Assembly: GCA_036918135.1 (NCBI GenBank)
Contig: JBALDB010000002.1
Coordinates: 192,001-256,000 of the forward strand
Origin: Nostoc sp.
GTDB taxonomy: Bacteria; Cyanobacteriota; Cyanobacteriia; Cyanobacteriales; Nostocaceae
Direction: 5' to 3'
DNA length: 64,000 nucleotides
Below the pieces are notes generated by a model. It had not been told where the DNA came from. It made no database searches and saw only the letters and a list, made by a program, of their open reading frames with translations. Shown here one piece after another: positions 42,999 to 52,783 of this stretch. The position numbers and the translations under genes were made by a program. How positions within the stretch are numbered: the stretch's first letter is position 1; each line of letters opens with the position of its first letter.

Positions 42999-43595
42999 AC
43001 TCGCCTGATAACTTTACTACTACACGGACATAGCAATCGGGTCTTCTGTGTTGCCTTTAGTCCCAACGGACAATTTCTCGCCAGTGGCAGCGCCGACCGT
43101 ACTATTAAACTTTGGAGTCCCCATATAGGAAAATGTCTGAATACTTTGCACGGTCACGCAAGTTGGGTCTGGGCAATTGCTTTTAGTCCAGATAGTAACT
43201 TACTTGCTAGTGCCAGCCACGACCATACAATCAAGATTTGGGATGTGCATTCTGGTGAATGTTGGCAAACATTACAGGGACATCCTGGTTCTGTGCTAGC
43301 GATCGCTTTTAGTGCTGACGGCAAAACTCTCTTCAGTTGTGGCCATGAAAAGATAGTTAAACAGTGGGATGTTGAGACAGGAAAATGTCTGAATATTTGG
43401 GAGGCAGACCCAACAGGGTTTGGGCAGTTGCCGTCAGTCCAGACGCTCAATACATTGCCACTGGTGGTGATGAGCAGACAATCAAACTGTGGGACATTTA
43501 CACAGGAACTTGTCAGGGGATATTCCAAGGACATAGCGGCCAAATTGTCTGTATTCTGTTCACTGCCGATGGTAACCGCATGATTAGCAGTAGCA

Positions 43596-43624
43596 GCGAT
43601 GTCTACGACGGGCTACGCCTACGC
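43596..43624. repeat. 21-nt SDR5-type repeat inserted in a HIP1 site
   Basis: GCGAT[GTCTACGACGGGCTACGCCTA]CGC; removal restores the WD40 motif SDRTIKIW. Confidence 0.88.
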
Positions 43625-44103
43625 ACCATTAAAATTTGGCATCTAGTTACTGGAGACTGCCTTACTACATTAGAAAATCACCAAAATTGGGTGTGGTCGC
43701 TCAGTCTGAGCCACGACGAGCGAACTCTCCTCAGCGCTAGCCAAGATGAAACAATCAATTGTTGGGATGTTGTTAGAGGACAATGCTGGACAACTTTGCG
43801 GCCAGCCCGTCCCTATGAAGGCACAATTATTACAAAGGTTAAAGGGTTGACTCAAGCAGAGATGTCAACTTTAAAAGCTTTGGGTGCGGTAGAGGTGAAA
43901 TCAAGTTGATTAATGCCTGTCAACTCTCGCTAAATTAGAGAAATTATCAAATAATTCCTTAGTGTTTTCGTAGGAAAAATTACAACTAGTATATTTTATA
44001 TATTGGTACTTATAGGCATAGGAATATCTTCCCTGCTATCCTTTTGTTCAATGCCTGTCAACTTTCGCTAAATTGGAAAAAGGTAAACTCAAGGAAATTT
44101 TCA

Positions 44104-44799
44104 ATGTCAGCACAATTGTTACTGGTGGATGATGAACCAGGGATACGGGAAGCCGTGAAGGACTATTTGCAAGAGAGCGGTTTCAGCGTTCAAGTCGCCA
44201 GTAACGCCCTTGAAGGTTGGGAATGGATGCAACTCAATACACCCGATCTAGTCATTTCTGATGTTATGATGCCCCAAGTGGATGGCTATCAGTTCCTCAA
44301 ACAACTGCGGGAAGACCCCCGCTTTCAAGCACTCCCGGTAGTATTTTTAACTGCTAAAGGAATGACAGGCGATCGCATCCAAGGCTATCAAGCTGGTGTT
44401 GATGCTTATCTTCCCAAACCCTTCGACCCAGATGAGTTAGTGGCGATAGTCGAGAATTTGCTCGCCCGCCGCACTGCTAAAGCTGCAACTACAACAGACG
44501 ACCTTGAAACCCCTGATATTGCTGAACTAGCCAATCAGATTGCCCAAATTAAGGCCTTGTTAACTCAAAGAAATGCCATTTCCCAATCTCCAGCCCCTTT
44601 CAAAATTGATTTGACCCCCAGAGAACAAAGTGTTTTAAACTTGGTTGCTGAAGGCTTAATGAACAAAGAAATTGCCCGTCGTTTGGAAACCAGCGTCCGC
44701 AACGTAGAAAAGTACGTCAGCCGTTTGTTTAGTAAAACCGGCACCAATAGCCGTACAGAGTTAGTTCGTTTTGCTCTAGAACACGGTCTTGCTAAATAG
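44104..44799 (+). CDS. NarL/LuxR-family response regulator (Ycf29-like)
   Basis: REC LLVDD..DVMMP..FLTA..KPF; LuxR HTH LTPREQ.VL..VAEGLMNKEIA. Confidence 0.94.
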   Translation: MSAQLLLVDDEPGIREAVKDYLQESGFSVQVASNALEGWEWMQLNTPDLVISDVMMPQVDGYQFLKQLREDPRFQALPVVFLTAKGMTGDRIQGYQAGVDAYLPKPFDPDELVAIVENLLARRTAKAATTTDDLETPDIAELANQIAQIKALLTQRNAISQSPAPFKIDLTPREQSVLNLVAEGLMNKEIARRLETSVRNVEKYVSRLFSKTGTNSRTELVRFALEHGLAK

Positions 44800-44945
44800 A
44801 CATTGGGCATGGGGCAGGGGAAGGGGTGGGAGGAGAGGGAAGTGTGGGAAGGATGGCAAGAGGGGGAGGCATAAATTCTCTTTCTCCCCACACTCCCCAC
44901 ACCTCCCACACTCCCTATCTCCTCATCTCCCTACTTCCCCCTTCA
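44800..44945. repeat. G-rich/C-rich imperfect hairpin repeat between convergent genes
   Basis: GGAAGTGTGGGA arm versus CCCACACCTCCCACACT arm; same family as 3533-3800. Confidence 0.75.
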
Positions 44946-45415
44946 GAGTGTAATCGGTAATAGGTAACTAGCTGCTAAACCATAACCCATTACCAGTAAT
45001 AGATAAAACATAAGTATTTCAGCAAATTGGGCACTTAAGCTAAAGCAAAAAGCCGAAAGAAAGGTTATTTATTTTTACTTTGGTCTTTTAGATTTTCATT
45101 TGATTTACACCTGTTGTCCAACACTCCATCTGTAAAGACACAGGGCTTTATTTTTACCCCTATGTTTTGATGTTAACTCGGTAAAATGCACCCAGCTGAA
45201 TTTGCTTTAAGATTCTACCAGTAACCTTTGCTACAAACTTTTTCATCAAGGAAACTGTTCCTGGGATTTCGTGCTGCTAAAGACTTTTACAAATGTAGAA
45301 ATCAAATAATTTTGATTAATTCTACTTACTGCTTAGTTTTTATTGCAACGGGGGTATGAGATCGCTATTTTATTTGATACCTAATTACCGACTTTTCACT
45401 ACTTAAATTACACCT

Positions 45416-45700
45416 TTAACTTTGGGGATTTTCAGCAGCATTACGCAAGCGCATTAGCTGGCGTCGCATTTGAGGTGAGGCTTTAAACTCTGATACTTCC
45501 TGCGCTTTAACGGACGCTTGTAGCGTCTCCAGAAAATCATCAGAACCCTCAGTCAAAGCATCGAGCAGCACTTGTAAGAGTTGCTCGCGATCGCCCAACA
45601 GACTTTTTTCTTCAATCAACCGAAATTTGAGATGTATTTCGCACTCATAAACACCTACTTCGAGATTATTGATCTGGCGTGGTAATGCTTTGGAGTTCAT
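45416..45700 (-). CDS. Npun_R1517/Asr1734-family heterocyst differentiation regulator
   Basis: VYECEIHLKFRLIEE...PQMRRQLMRLRN recognised from recall; divergent from ndhM. Confidence 0.85.
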   Translation of the reverse strand: MNSKALPRQINNLEVGVYECEIHLKFRLIEEKSLLGDREQLLQVLLDALTEGSDDFLETLQASVKAQEVSEFKASPQMRRQLMRLRNAAENPQS

Positions 45701-46592
45701 AGCTATTGAGATTCCTTTACTTAGTAGTCATGAGGTTAAGGAGGTAGATGTCCAGCAAAAAGTTCTTTATATCTTTTTTGAATCCAAAGTGCTTGAATTA
45801 AGAATTTTTCTTCATCAAACACCAATGTATTCCATTTCACTCTCCTGTGTTTTGCTTTCAAGCTCAATTTTCATTGTCTAGATTTCGATGTCACTGTGCC
45901 AGATGTAGCTTATGGTAAGCCATAACTATTATTCAGTTTTTAAGATTCTACACAATAAAGTTTCTGTAAGAAGTTGTCCGAGCTTTTTAAAGCTTTTTAC
46001 ATCAACTTTATCTGAACGTCAATAACAGTTTGACTTGTTACTTGATTTTTGGTGTTTGTACGTAAGTAAAAGCGCTGATTTTTTTGATTTTTATTAATGC
46101 CAGAGGTTAGTGTAGCGTTATTCCGTAAAATTACTAGATGTACGTTTTTTTTCAAGAGTAAATTTATGAGAAATTGAGCGATATAGCTATTAAAGTAAAA
46201 ATTTTTCTTCTCGAACAAAAATGTACACAGATCAAATTATTCCAGCAAAAGACCTTATCCTAGTGTTTTTTAGACTTAATAAATACAAAAACCTTAGCAG
46301 TAGGCAACAACAGCATACCACTCAGACAACGTTTGTCTTCCTTAAAGAAAAATTCTCTACTCATTAATTGTGGTGTGAAAATTATGAGGTACTGTCAGTA
46401 CTAGTAGTTAATTGCAACTTCAACTACTAACAATAAGTCAAATGGTAATCAGTACAAGCAATATTTTTACTTATGTCAATTCAATATACTCTATTGAAAC
46501 TGCTCTGAAAGCTTGTAAATTAAGAGCATTCAAGCTTGAATATAGCGTTTACAATAATTTCAGTGTAATTCACCCAAATCTTCCACCTTTTT

Positions 46593-46952
46593 ATGGATAA
46601 CCCGATGCTGCTCAAGTCCACAACTCGGCACATCCGCATTTTTGCGGCTGAAATTGACCAAGATGGCGAACTAGTTTCGAGCGATCAAGTTTTAACCTTA
46701 GATATTGACCCAGACAACGAATTCAACTGGAATGAAGATGCGCTGCAAAAGGTTTATCGAAAATTTGATGAACTAGTAGAAGCATCTAGTGGTGCAGACC
46801 TCACAGACTATAACTTACGCCGCGTCGGGTCTGACTTGGAGCATTATCTGCGATCGCTCCTGCAACTCGGTGAAATCAGCTACAATCTCTCTGCCCGTGT
46901 TACCAACTACAGCATGGGAATCCCCCAAGTTGCAATTGACGACAAGCAATAA
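46593..46952 (+). CDS. ndhM: NDH-1 subunit M
   Basis: MLLKSTTRHIRIF, LDIDPDNEF.W, YNLRRVGSDLE. Confidence 0.96.
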   Translation: MDNPMLLKSTTRHIRIFAAEIDQDGELVSSDQVLTLDIDPDNEFNWNEDALQKVYRKFDELVEASSGADLTDYNLRRVGSDLEHYLRSLLQLGEISYNLSARVTNYSMGIPQVAIDDKQ

Positions 46953-47620
46953 GGTAGAGGACTAAGCTGCTCTTGCATCTAACGCAGCACGTTTTTTCGT
47001 GTTGAGAGCCAGTTGCTTCAAGCGTCTCAACCCGTCCAACGCACTGGTTCCTGTTGACTGTTGACTGTTAACTGTCAGCAGTCAACCAACAAAGCCAACT
47101 GATTGTGTAATTTAAACGCCCAATAGCTTACTTGTATTTGATTGCACTAAAAAACTCGCTCTTAACTCGGAAAGGCTGATGCCCTATTCCCTACTCCCAA
47201 GTCATGCAAATTAAGTTCAAAATTCAAAGCTGATTACTATATCTTAATTCTTAATTAAAGTTAATTATTGCTATCCTACTTATAAACTAGATAAATACCA
47301 ATATTATCTGTCTATTGAACATGGAGTAATTTAGCAAAAGCAAATAGCACAGTTATGCTTGAGTTATGTTTTGGTGACAGGGTTGGAGTTAGTTGCTTTG
47401 GTGATGGAGAGTCGCAGAGCAATAGAAGCTATGATGGGGCTGTAGGGTTAACTTGGGAGCATATTCTTTAGATAAGTTAAGTATTAGCACCTGCTGATAA
47501 CCGCCAGCTAAAATCATCATTTAAAGTCTGGATATATCAAGTTTAAGCAAGATGAGCGGTCTAGATTGTCCCTACAAATGCTATTAAAGAAATTGCCAAT
47601 CGCCGATCGGTGGGAAAACT

Positions 47621-49876
47621 ATGGAAAATGATGCGGCAACGCTCTACTGTCCACATGAAAATTGTCAGGCTGCCAACCCCCTGACTCATAAGTTTTGCCA
47701 GCGATGTTCCACACCCCTACCGAAAAATTACCTCTGGGCTGTGGTGGATGGTCAGAGTTTAGGTAACCCTGGAAAAATATTAGCCGATCGCTATTTAATT
47801 GTTGATAAATTTGTTCTATTAGATACGAAACCTGGTTTATTAACCCTAACACCAGAATTAGAGAATTTACAGATTCCTAAAGCTTACCTGAGACTCATTC
47901 CCTACCGCTTACACGTACCGCAAGTATATGGAGTCCTTCGCCTAGTTAATGACTCGTCAGGACAAGACATATTACTTTTAGAAAAACCGCCACTATTGCT
48001 TGATGAGAAAACCCAACAAGTGCATCTAGCCCAAACAGCGCTTGCCGCTTGGCGTGATGCTACATCGATGCGCCAGCTCAATTGGTTGTGGCAAATAGCT
48101 CATTTATGGCAACCTCTAGCCACTGAAGGTGTCGCTTCTAGCTTGCTTGACTCCTATGTATTACGAGTAGAAGGATCGTTAGTACGTTTGTTGGAATTGC
48201 GTTTCGACAAAGCTACATCACCAGAATTGCCCGAATTAGGTAAATTCTGGCAGCAGTTGATTGCTAACGCTAAACCGGCCGTAGCCGAATTTGTCGATCG
48301 CATTAGCCTTTCCCTGATCCAGGGAGAGATTCACTCACCAGAACAATTAATCGCAGTTTTAGATCGCGGACTGGCTGGGTTAGGGCGATCGCAAACACCC
48401 ACAATTAAAATTATCACTAAAACAGATACTGGCCCAAGTCGCCAACGTAACGAAGACGCCTGTAGCCCACCCAGTGGTACTTTGGTGAGCAAACCGCCCC
48501 AGCCCACAGCCTTAGCAATTGTCTGTGACGGTATCGGCGGACACGAGGGTGGCAATGTGGCATCAAATTTAGCCATTGAAACAATCCAACAGCAGGTACA
48601 GCAACTCACCAAAGTTCCCTACGACCACATAGACCCCTCATTACTGCTGAATGACTTAGAAAAAGCAGTGGCAATGGCTAATGACAAAATTAGTCAGCGC
48701 AATGACGGTGAAAATCGCCAAGGGCGTCAGCGCATGGGCACAACTTTAGTCATGGCATTGCCTGTGGCTCACGAAATGTACATCACCCACGTAGGTGATA
48801 GTCGTGCTTACTGGATTACACGCCAGGGCTGTTATCAAGTTACCCTAGATGATGATGTTGCTTCGCGGGAAGTGCGGCTGGGTTATGCTATTTACCGCGA
48901 GGCTGTGCAACAAAGTTCCGCAGGCTCTCTCGTCCAAGCTTTGGGGATGGGCCCTAGCACTTCACTGCATCCTACATCTGCACGGTTTATGCTCGATGAA
49001 GATGCAGTTTTTCTGCTCACCTCCGATGGTTTAAGTGATTTCGATCGCGTAGAAGAGTACTGGGAAACAGAAATCTTGCCGATTTTGCTTGGACAGACAA
49101 ATATCGTCAATGTCGCAGATAGATTAATAGAAATCGCTAATACTAAGAATGGACACGATAATGTCACCGTCGCTTTAGTACACTATCAAGTCCAATACTG
49201 GGAACCAGAGATCGTTATCAAAGCAGTCATTCCAGAAAGCTACTCCGCAAAAACTGTTGATTTGGCATCTAAAGGTGCAGATACGTCAGTTTTAAGTAGC
49301 CCAAACCACAAAACTCAGGTGATTGAGGAAAATCAACCAGCCAAAACTCGTCAATTACCGCTACAGTGGATAGTTCCCTTACTATTTGTACTAGCAGCAG
49401 GTTCTGTGGGATTGTTCGTCCAACAATTGCGATCGCAATCAGGACTTCCAGTTGTATCATCCAATCCTACGCCAACTCAAAGTCCTATTGCAACTACACA
49501 ACCACCGCGAACCCTTAATAACCTTGCTCCTGGCTGGGTAATCCAAACCAACAATCAAATCTCTTTGGGAAACAACCAACTGCTTCCTGCTAAAAGTTTT
49601 TTAGAAGTTATCGACACTAAACCAAATCCCAAACCTGCATCTGGAGATTTTTCAGTAGTTATGCGAGTTTGTACCAATAAAGGGACGCCAACTCCAGCAT
49701 CCTCTCAAGCACCATCTCCATCAAATCCTGGATTGAACGCCCAAAAAACAGTATCGATTCAATTTCAACAACTCAACCGTTTTGGAGTCTTTGTTTTGCC
49801 ATCATCCGCACCAAATCCATGTAAAACTGTCATCCAACCCCCAGTTACTCAACCACCTGATATCAGTCCAACTTAA
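47621..49876 (+). CDS. prpJ: Membrane-anchored PP2C Ser/Thr phosphatase with Zn-ribbon and degenerate kinase-like N-terminus (PrpJ-like)
   Basis: CPHENC..FCQRC; R..NEDA, VCDGIGGH.GG, MGTT, HVGDSRAY, SDGL, GHDNVT; C-terminal TM; position next to ndhM matches recalled Anabaena all1731 context. Confidence 0.82.
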   Translation: MENDAATLYCPHENCQAANPLTHKFCQRCSTPLPKNYLWAVVDGQSLGNPGKILADRYLIVDKFVLLDTKPGLLTLTPELENLQIPKAYLRLIPYRLHVPQVYGVLRLVNDSSGQDILLLEKPPLLLDEKTQQVHLAQTALAAWRDATSMRQLNWLWQIAHLWQPLATEGVASSLLDSYVLRVEGSLVRLLELRFDKATSPELPELGKFWQQLIANAKPAVAEFVDRISLSLIQGEIHSPEQLIAVLDRGLAGLGRSQTPTIKIITKTDTGPSRQRNEDACSPPSGTLVSKPPQPTALAIVCDGIGGHEGGNVASNLAIETIQQQVQQLTKVPYDHIDPSLLLNDLEKAVAMANDKISQRNDGENRQGRQRMGTTLVMALPVAHEMYITHVGDSRAYWITRQGCYQVTLDDDVASREVRLGYAIYREAVQQSSAGSLVQALGMGPSTSLHPTSARFMLDEDAVFLLTSDGLSDFDRVEEYWETEILPILLGQTNIVNVADRLIEIANTKNGHDNVTVALVHYQVQYWEPEIVIKAVIPESYSAKTVDLASKGADTSVLSSPNHKTQVIEENQPAKTRQLPLQWIVPLLFVLAAGSVGLFVQQLRSQSGLPVVSSNPTPTQSPIATTQPPRTLNNLAPGWVIQTNNQISLGNNQLLPAKSFLEVIDTKPNPKPASGDFSVVMRVCTNKGTPTPASSQAPSPSNPGLNAQKTVSIQFQQLNRFGVFVLPSSAPNPCKTVIQPPVTQPPDISPT

Positions 49877-50023
49877 TCAAATAATCGATAAACTAGTAAA
49901 AACCTGGAATAATAACAGGTAACAACCAGAGTCAAAAACTGACAAGGTAAAAAAGTCAAAATTTTACCTTAGAGAACTGTTATTTGAAATTATTTATTTT
50001 TAGCTTTTAGTTTTATAGAATCC

Positions 50024-51604
50024 ATGCCATCCCTGAATTTGGCGATCGCCCGTCTCATAAATACTGGCACTGACAACTTCGCCATTTGGGTGGTCAAGGC
50101 TCCCTATCCCAGTGGCTATGTTTTACGTGACTGTATGTGGCCTGTTGAACTCACCCAAGTGTGGCAAGAATGGCAGCAGATGTTTGCTGGTCATAGTCGT
50201 TTAGATCTTCCCCCAAACTCAACACCTCAAAATAGCAACCCATTGCCCATTGATGCTATTTCATTGCCTTCAGGTCAGACCACTGGCCCTTACAGCAGTC
50301 GTTTGATGCAATACTTAGGAATGAATTTATGGCGTTGGGTATTCGATGGACAAATTCTCAGTAGTCTAGAACGCAGTCGTGGCATTGCTATGGGTCAGCA
50401 TACACGCTTGCGCTTTCGATTAGAAATTCGCGACCCAGATCTGATTGCTCTACCTTGGGAAATTATGCAGCGCGAGCCTGGTCAATCGGCTATGTCCCTT
50501 TCCCAAGATTTGCTATTTAGTCGCACCAGCAGTGAAGTCGATCCCTTACCATATTTACGAACTGACCAGGCTTTAAATATCCTGTTGGTTTTAGGTCATG
50601 ATGACAACCTGCAATTAGAACAAGAAGCGCTAATTTTACAGCAAACTCTTGTTGATACCCCAGTGGATAGTAATTCCCAAAGATATGCACACTGCATGGT
50701 CAATCAACTCCTACAACCAACTCCAGAGGAGTTGATTCAAGAACTAGAAACCAAAGCATATAATGTTTTCTTTTATGCTGGTCATGGTTTGCCAGACCCA
50801 GACGGGGGATTACTGTTTTTGCGGCCAGACATGACACTTAACGGTATAGAATTAGCTCAAGCATTGACCCGTACAGGTGTGAAGCTAGCAGTTTTTAACG
50901 CCTGTTGGGGGGCGCAACCAGCTGCTAGCAATCATCAAGCGATACCTGCCAGCAGTTTGGCAGAAGTATTAATTAGGCATGGTCTACCAGCGGTTTTGGG
51001 GATGCGTGATGAAATCGCCGATCGCGAAAGCCATAGTTTTATTCAAGCTTTTGCTGAAGCTTTGCGATTGTATCAGCCAATTGATGAAGCTGTGACCCTA
51101 GCTAGAAAAGAATTATTAACGCTGTATAGATTCAATCAACCTGCATGGACTTTGCCCGTTCTTTATTTACACCCAGATTTTGATGGCGAACTGATTAAGA
51201 ACCTAGATGAAGGAATTACCGAATTACCAGACACAGCCATTCCCGATCTAGATTCGGTGGTTCCTAGTGCAAGTTTGCGATCGCTCTCTTCAAAAGATAA
51301 AACCTGGTTATTGCGTTATGGAGTCACTCGCATCGGTCGCACTAAAGATAATGATATTGTCATTCCCGAACCGTCGGTTTCTAAACGCCACGCTGAAATC
51401 TTCTGCCGCAATACTTTGACTGATGCTACACTGGTGCGAACTTATTATTTGCAAGATTTTTCTACCTACGGGACAACGTGGTTTTTAAGCCCTAATGGCT
51501 GGCAACAAATCCTCCGAGAGGAAGTCCCCTTGAAATCGGGTATGCAGTTAAAGTTTGGAAGTGCTAGAGGTGAAACTTGGGAGTTTATTATTGAAGACTC
51601 CTAG
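50024..51604 (+). CDS. CHAT (HetF-like caspase-fold) peptidase with C-terminal FHA domain
   Basis: LPWEIM, FYAGHG (catalytic His), FNACWG (catalytic Cys); FHA IGR..DN....SVSKRHA. Confidence 0.9.
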   Translation: MPSLNLAIARLINTGTDNFAIWVVKAPYPSGYVLRDCMWPVELTQVWQEWQQMFAGHSRLDLPPNSTPQNSNPLPIDAISLPSGQTTGPYSSRLMQYLGMNLWRWVFDGQILSSLERSRGIAMGQHTRLRFRLEIRDPDLIALPWEIMQREPGQSAMSLSQDLLFSRTSSEVDPLPYLRTDQALNILLVLGHDDNLQLEQEALILQQTLVDTPVDSNSQRYAHCMVNQLLQPTPEELIQELETKAYNVFFYAGHGLPDPDGGLLFLRPDMTLNGIELAQALTRTGVKLAVFNACWGAQPAASNHQAIPASSLAEVLIRHGLPAVLGMRDEIADRESHSFIQAFAEALRLYQPIDEAVTLARKELLTLYRFNQPAWTLPVLYLHPDFDGELIKNLDEGITELPDTAIPDLDSVVPSASLRSLSSKDKTWLLRYGVTRIGRTKDNDIVIPEPSVSKRHAEIFCRNTLTDATLVRTYYLQDFSTYGTTWFLSPNGWQQILREEVPLKSGMQLKFGSARGETWEFIIEDS

Positions 51605-51748
51605 CAGAGCTATTGTAAAATTCTATTTTGGTCTTTAGTATCAATTTTGAAAATCTGTTTTTACTTTAGAGAAAATCAACTTTTTTGCGGAAATCTCTTC
51701 TGGGCGGTTGTAGCTGTCAATACTACCAAATAATTGTGAGGCAAAAAA

Positions 51749-52396
51749 ATGACTAATAAAATTAATGGCTCAGACGCTTTTTCTTCTTTCGAGTCTCAAG
51801 TAGATTTAGAATTTTTAGAAGCCTTGCTAGAACCAGACGATGCTACTTATCCTTGGAATCCGGCTGATGAAGAGTCAGAAGCTTATTTTCAAGAATTAGA
51901 ACAAGACTTCGGGATGCAAGATTTAATAGATGGAGAACTGACAAGGCGATCGCAAGATTTTTATAACCATCTAGACACACTTTGGTCTGGTGTCTCATTT
52001 AATGAAAGCCATAATCACCATCCACAACAGTCTCTAGTTCTTAATCTCCAAGAGACATTGCGTAATACTTTTTGTAGTTGCGTTCCCCAAACATTACTTA
52101 ACACCATTGCTGCCAAAGCTGCTGAGATATTTTCTCCTCAGCAATTTCGGGGCGAGCAACTTGTTGAGTGCGTTCAAACAGTACTACCAACTTGGGGAGC
52201 AGAGGATCTTTTAGTCTTAGCTCGTCCTTTTGCTTATGCTATGCGAAGTAGTGAATCACACAACCAGACACCTACCATTAGTAACATTAATGATAGTGAG
52301 TGGACAGCTTTATCAGAGATAGAGCAAGCCAAGGTCAGTTTGGCGATTGCTTATTACGCTTTGACTCAACTTGATAAATACAAGTCCGAATCGTAA
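51749..52396 (+). CDS. Hypothetical protein, possibly related to the N-terminal part of PatU3
   Basis: 215-aa ATG ORF with SD GAGG; YPWNP, GEQLVECV..VLP, W..LSEIEQAKVSLA motifs. Confidence 0.8.
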   Translation: MTNKINGSDAFSSFESQVDLEFLEALLEPDDATYPWNPADEESEAYFQELEQDFGMQDLIDGELTRRSQDFYNHLDTLWSGVSFNESHNHHPQQSLVLNLQETLRNTFCSCVPQTLLNTIAAKAAEIFSPQQFRGEQLVECVQTVLPTWGAEDLLVLARPFAYAMRSSESHNQTPTISNINDSEWTALSEIEQAKVSLAIAYYALTQLDKYKSES

Positions 52397-52783
52397 TTTC
52401 AGTTTGCTATTTCTGTTTAGAGAAATTAAATTTTTCTGACAGGTAAATTTATCTGCTAGTATTGTGTTGCCTTTTAAACACTCCCAGACTTTTAGTTTTA
52501 TAAGTATAAGAATACTAACTTAGAGTAAGCATAGGCTAATTAGAGAATTAAACCATCTATCCCAAGACATACATATTTAATAGTGATTAGGAATTGGGAA
52601 TTGGGCATTGCCAATGCTAAGTTAGGAGTTATTCTCCCTCATCTCCCGGTTGGTAAACGACTTGCCGTGACTTGTACCGAGCAAAGCCGAGGTAGCGTAG
52701 TCGTACCCCTGCTTTTAAGCAAGCTAGTAAGAGCGTTCCGTAGGGAAGGGAGTCGAACCACATCCCCCCATTCCCCCGATCCG

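Larger units (their letters stand above)
42591..43909 (+). pseudogene. Decayed HTH-NB-ARC-WD40 (STAND) gene
   Basis: ATG 42591; in-frame TAA 42657-42659; IDWGEA..FYGR..EL..L motif jumps straight into WD40 repeats (P-loop missing); frameshift near 43405-43415; C-terminal RPYEG..IT.V.GLT.A....LKALGA tail typical of this family. Confidence 0.88.

Noticed and set aside
42705..43909. Two independent WD40 genes (292 aa and 174 aa)
   Set aside because: Frameshifted fragments of one pseudogene
45669..46600. Short ORFs between the Asr1734-like gene and ndhM
   Set aside because: AT-rich, non-ATG starts, no recognisable motifs; probably divergent promoter DNA
50024..51604. Calling the CHAT gene hetF, or part of an anti-phage caspase system
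   Set aside because: Shorter than HetF as I recall it and has an FHA domain; neighbours are signalling and housekeeping genes with no gasdermin, CRISPR or defence effectors seen
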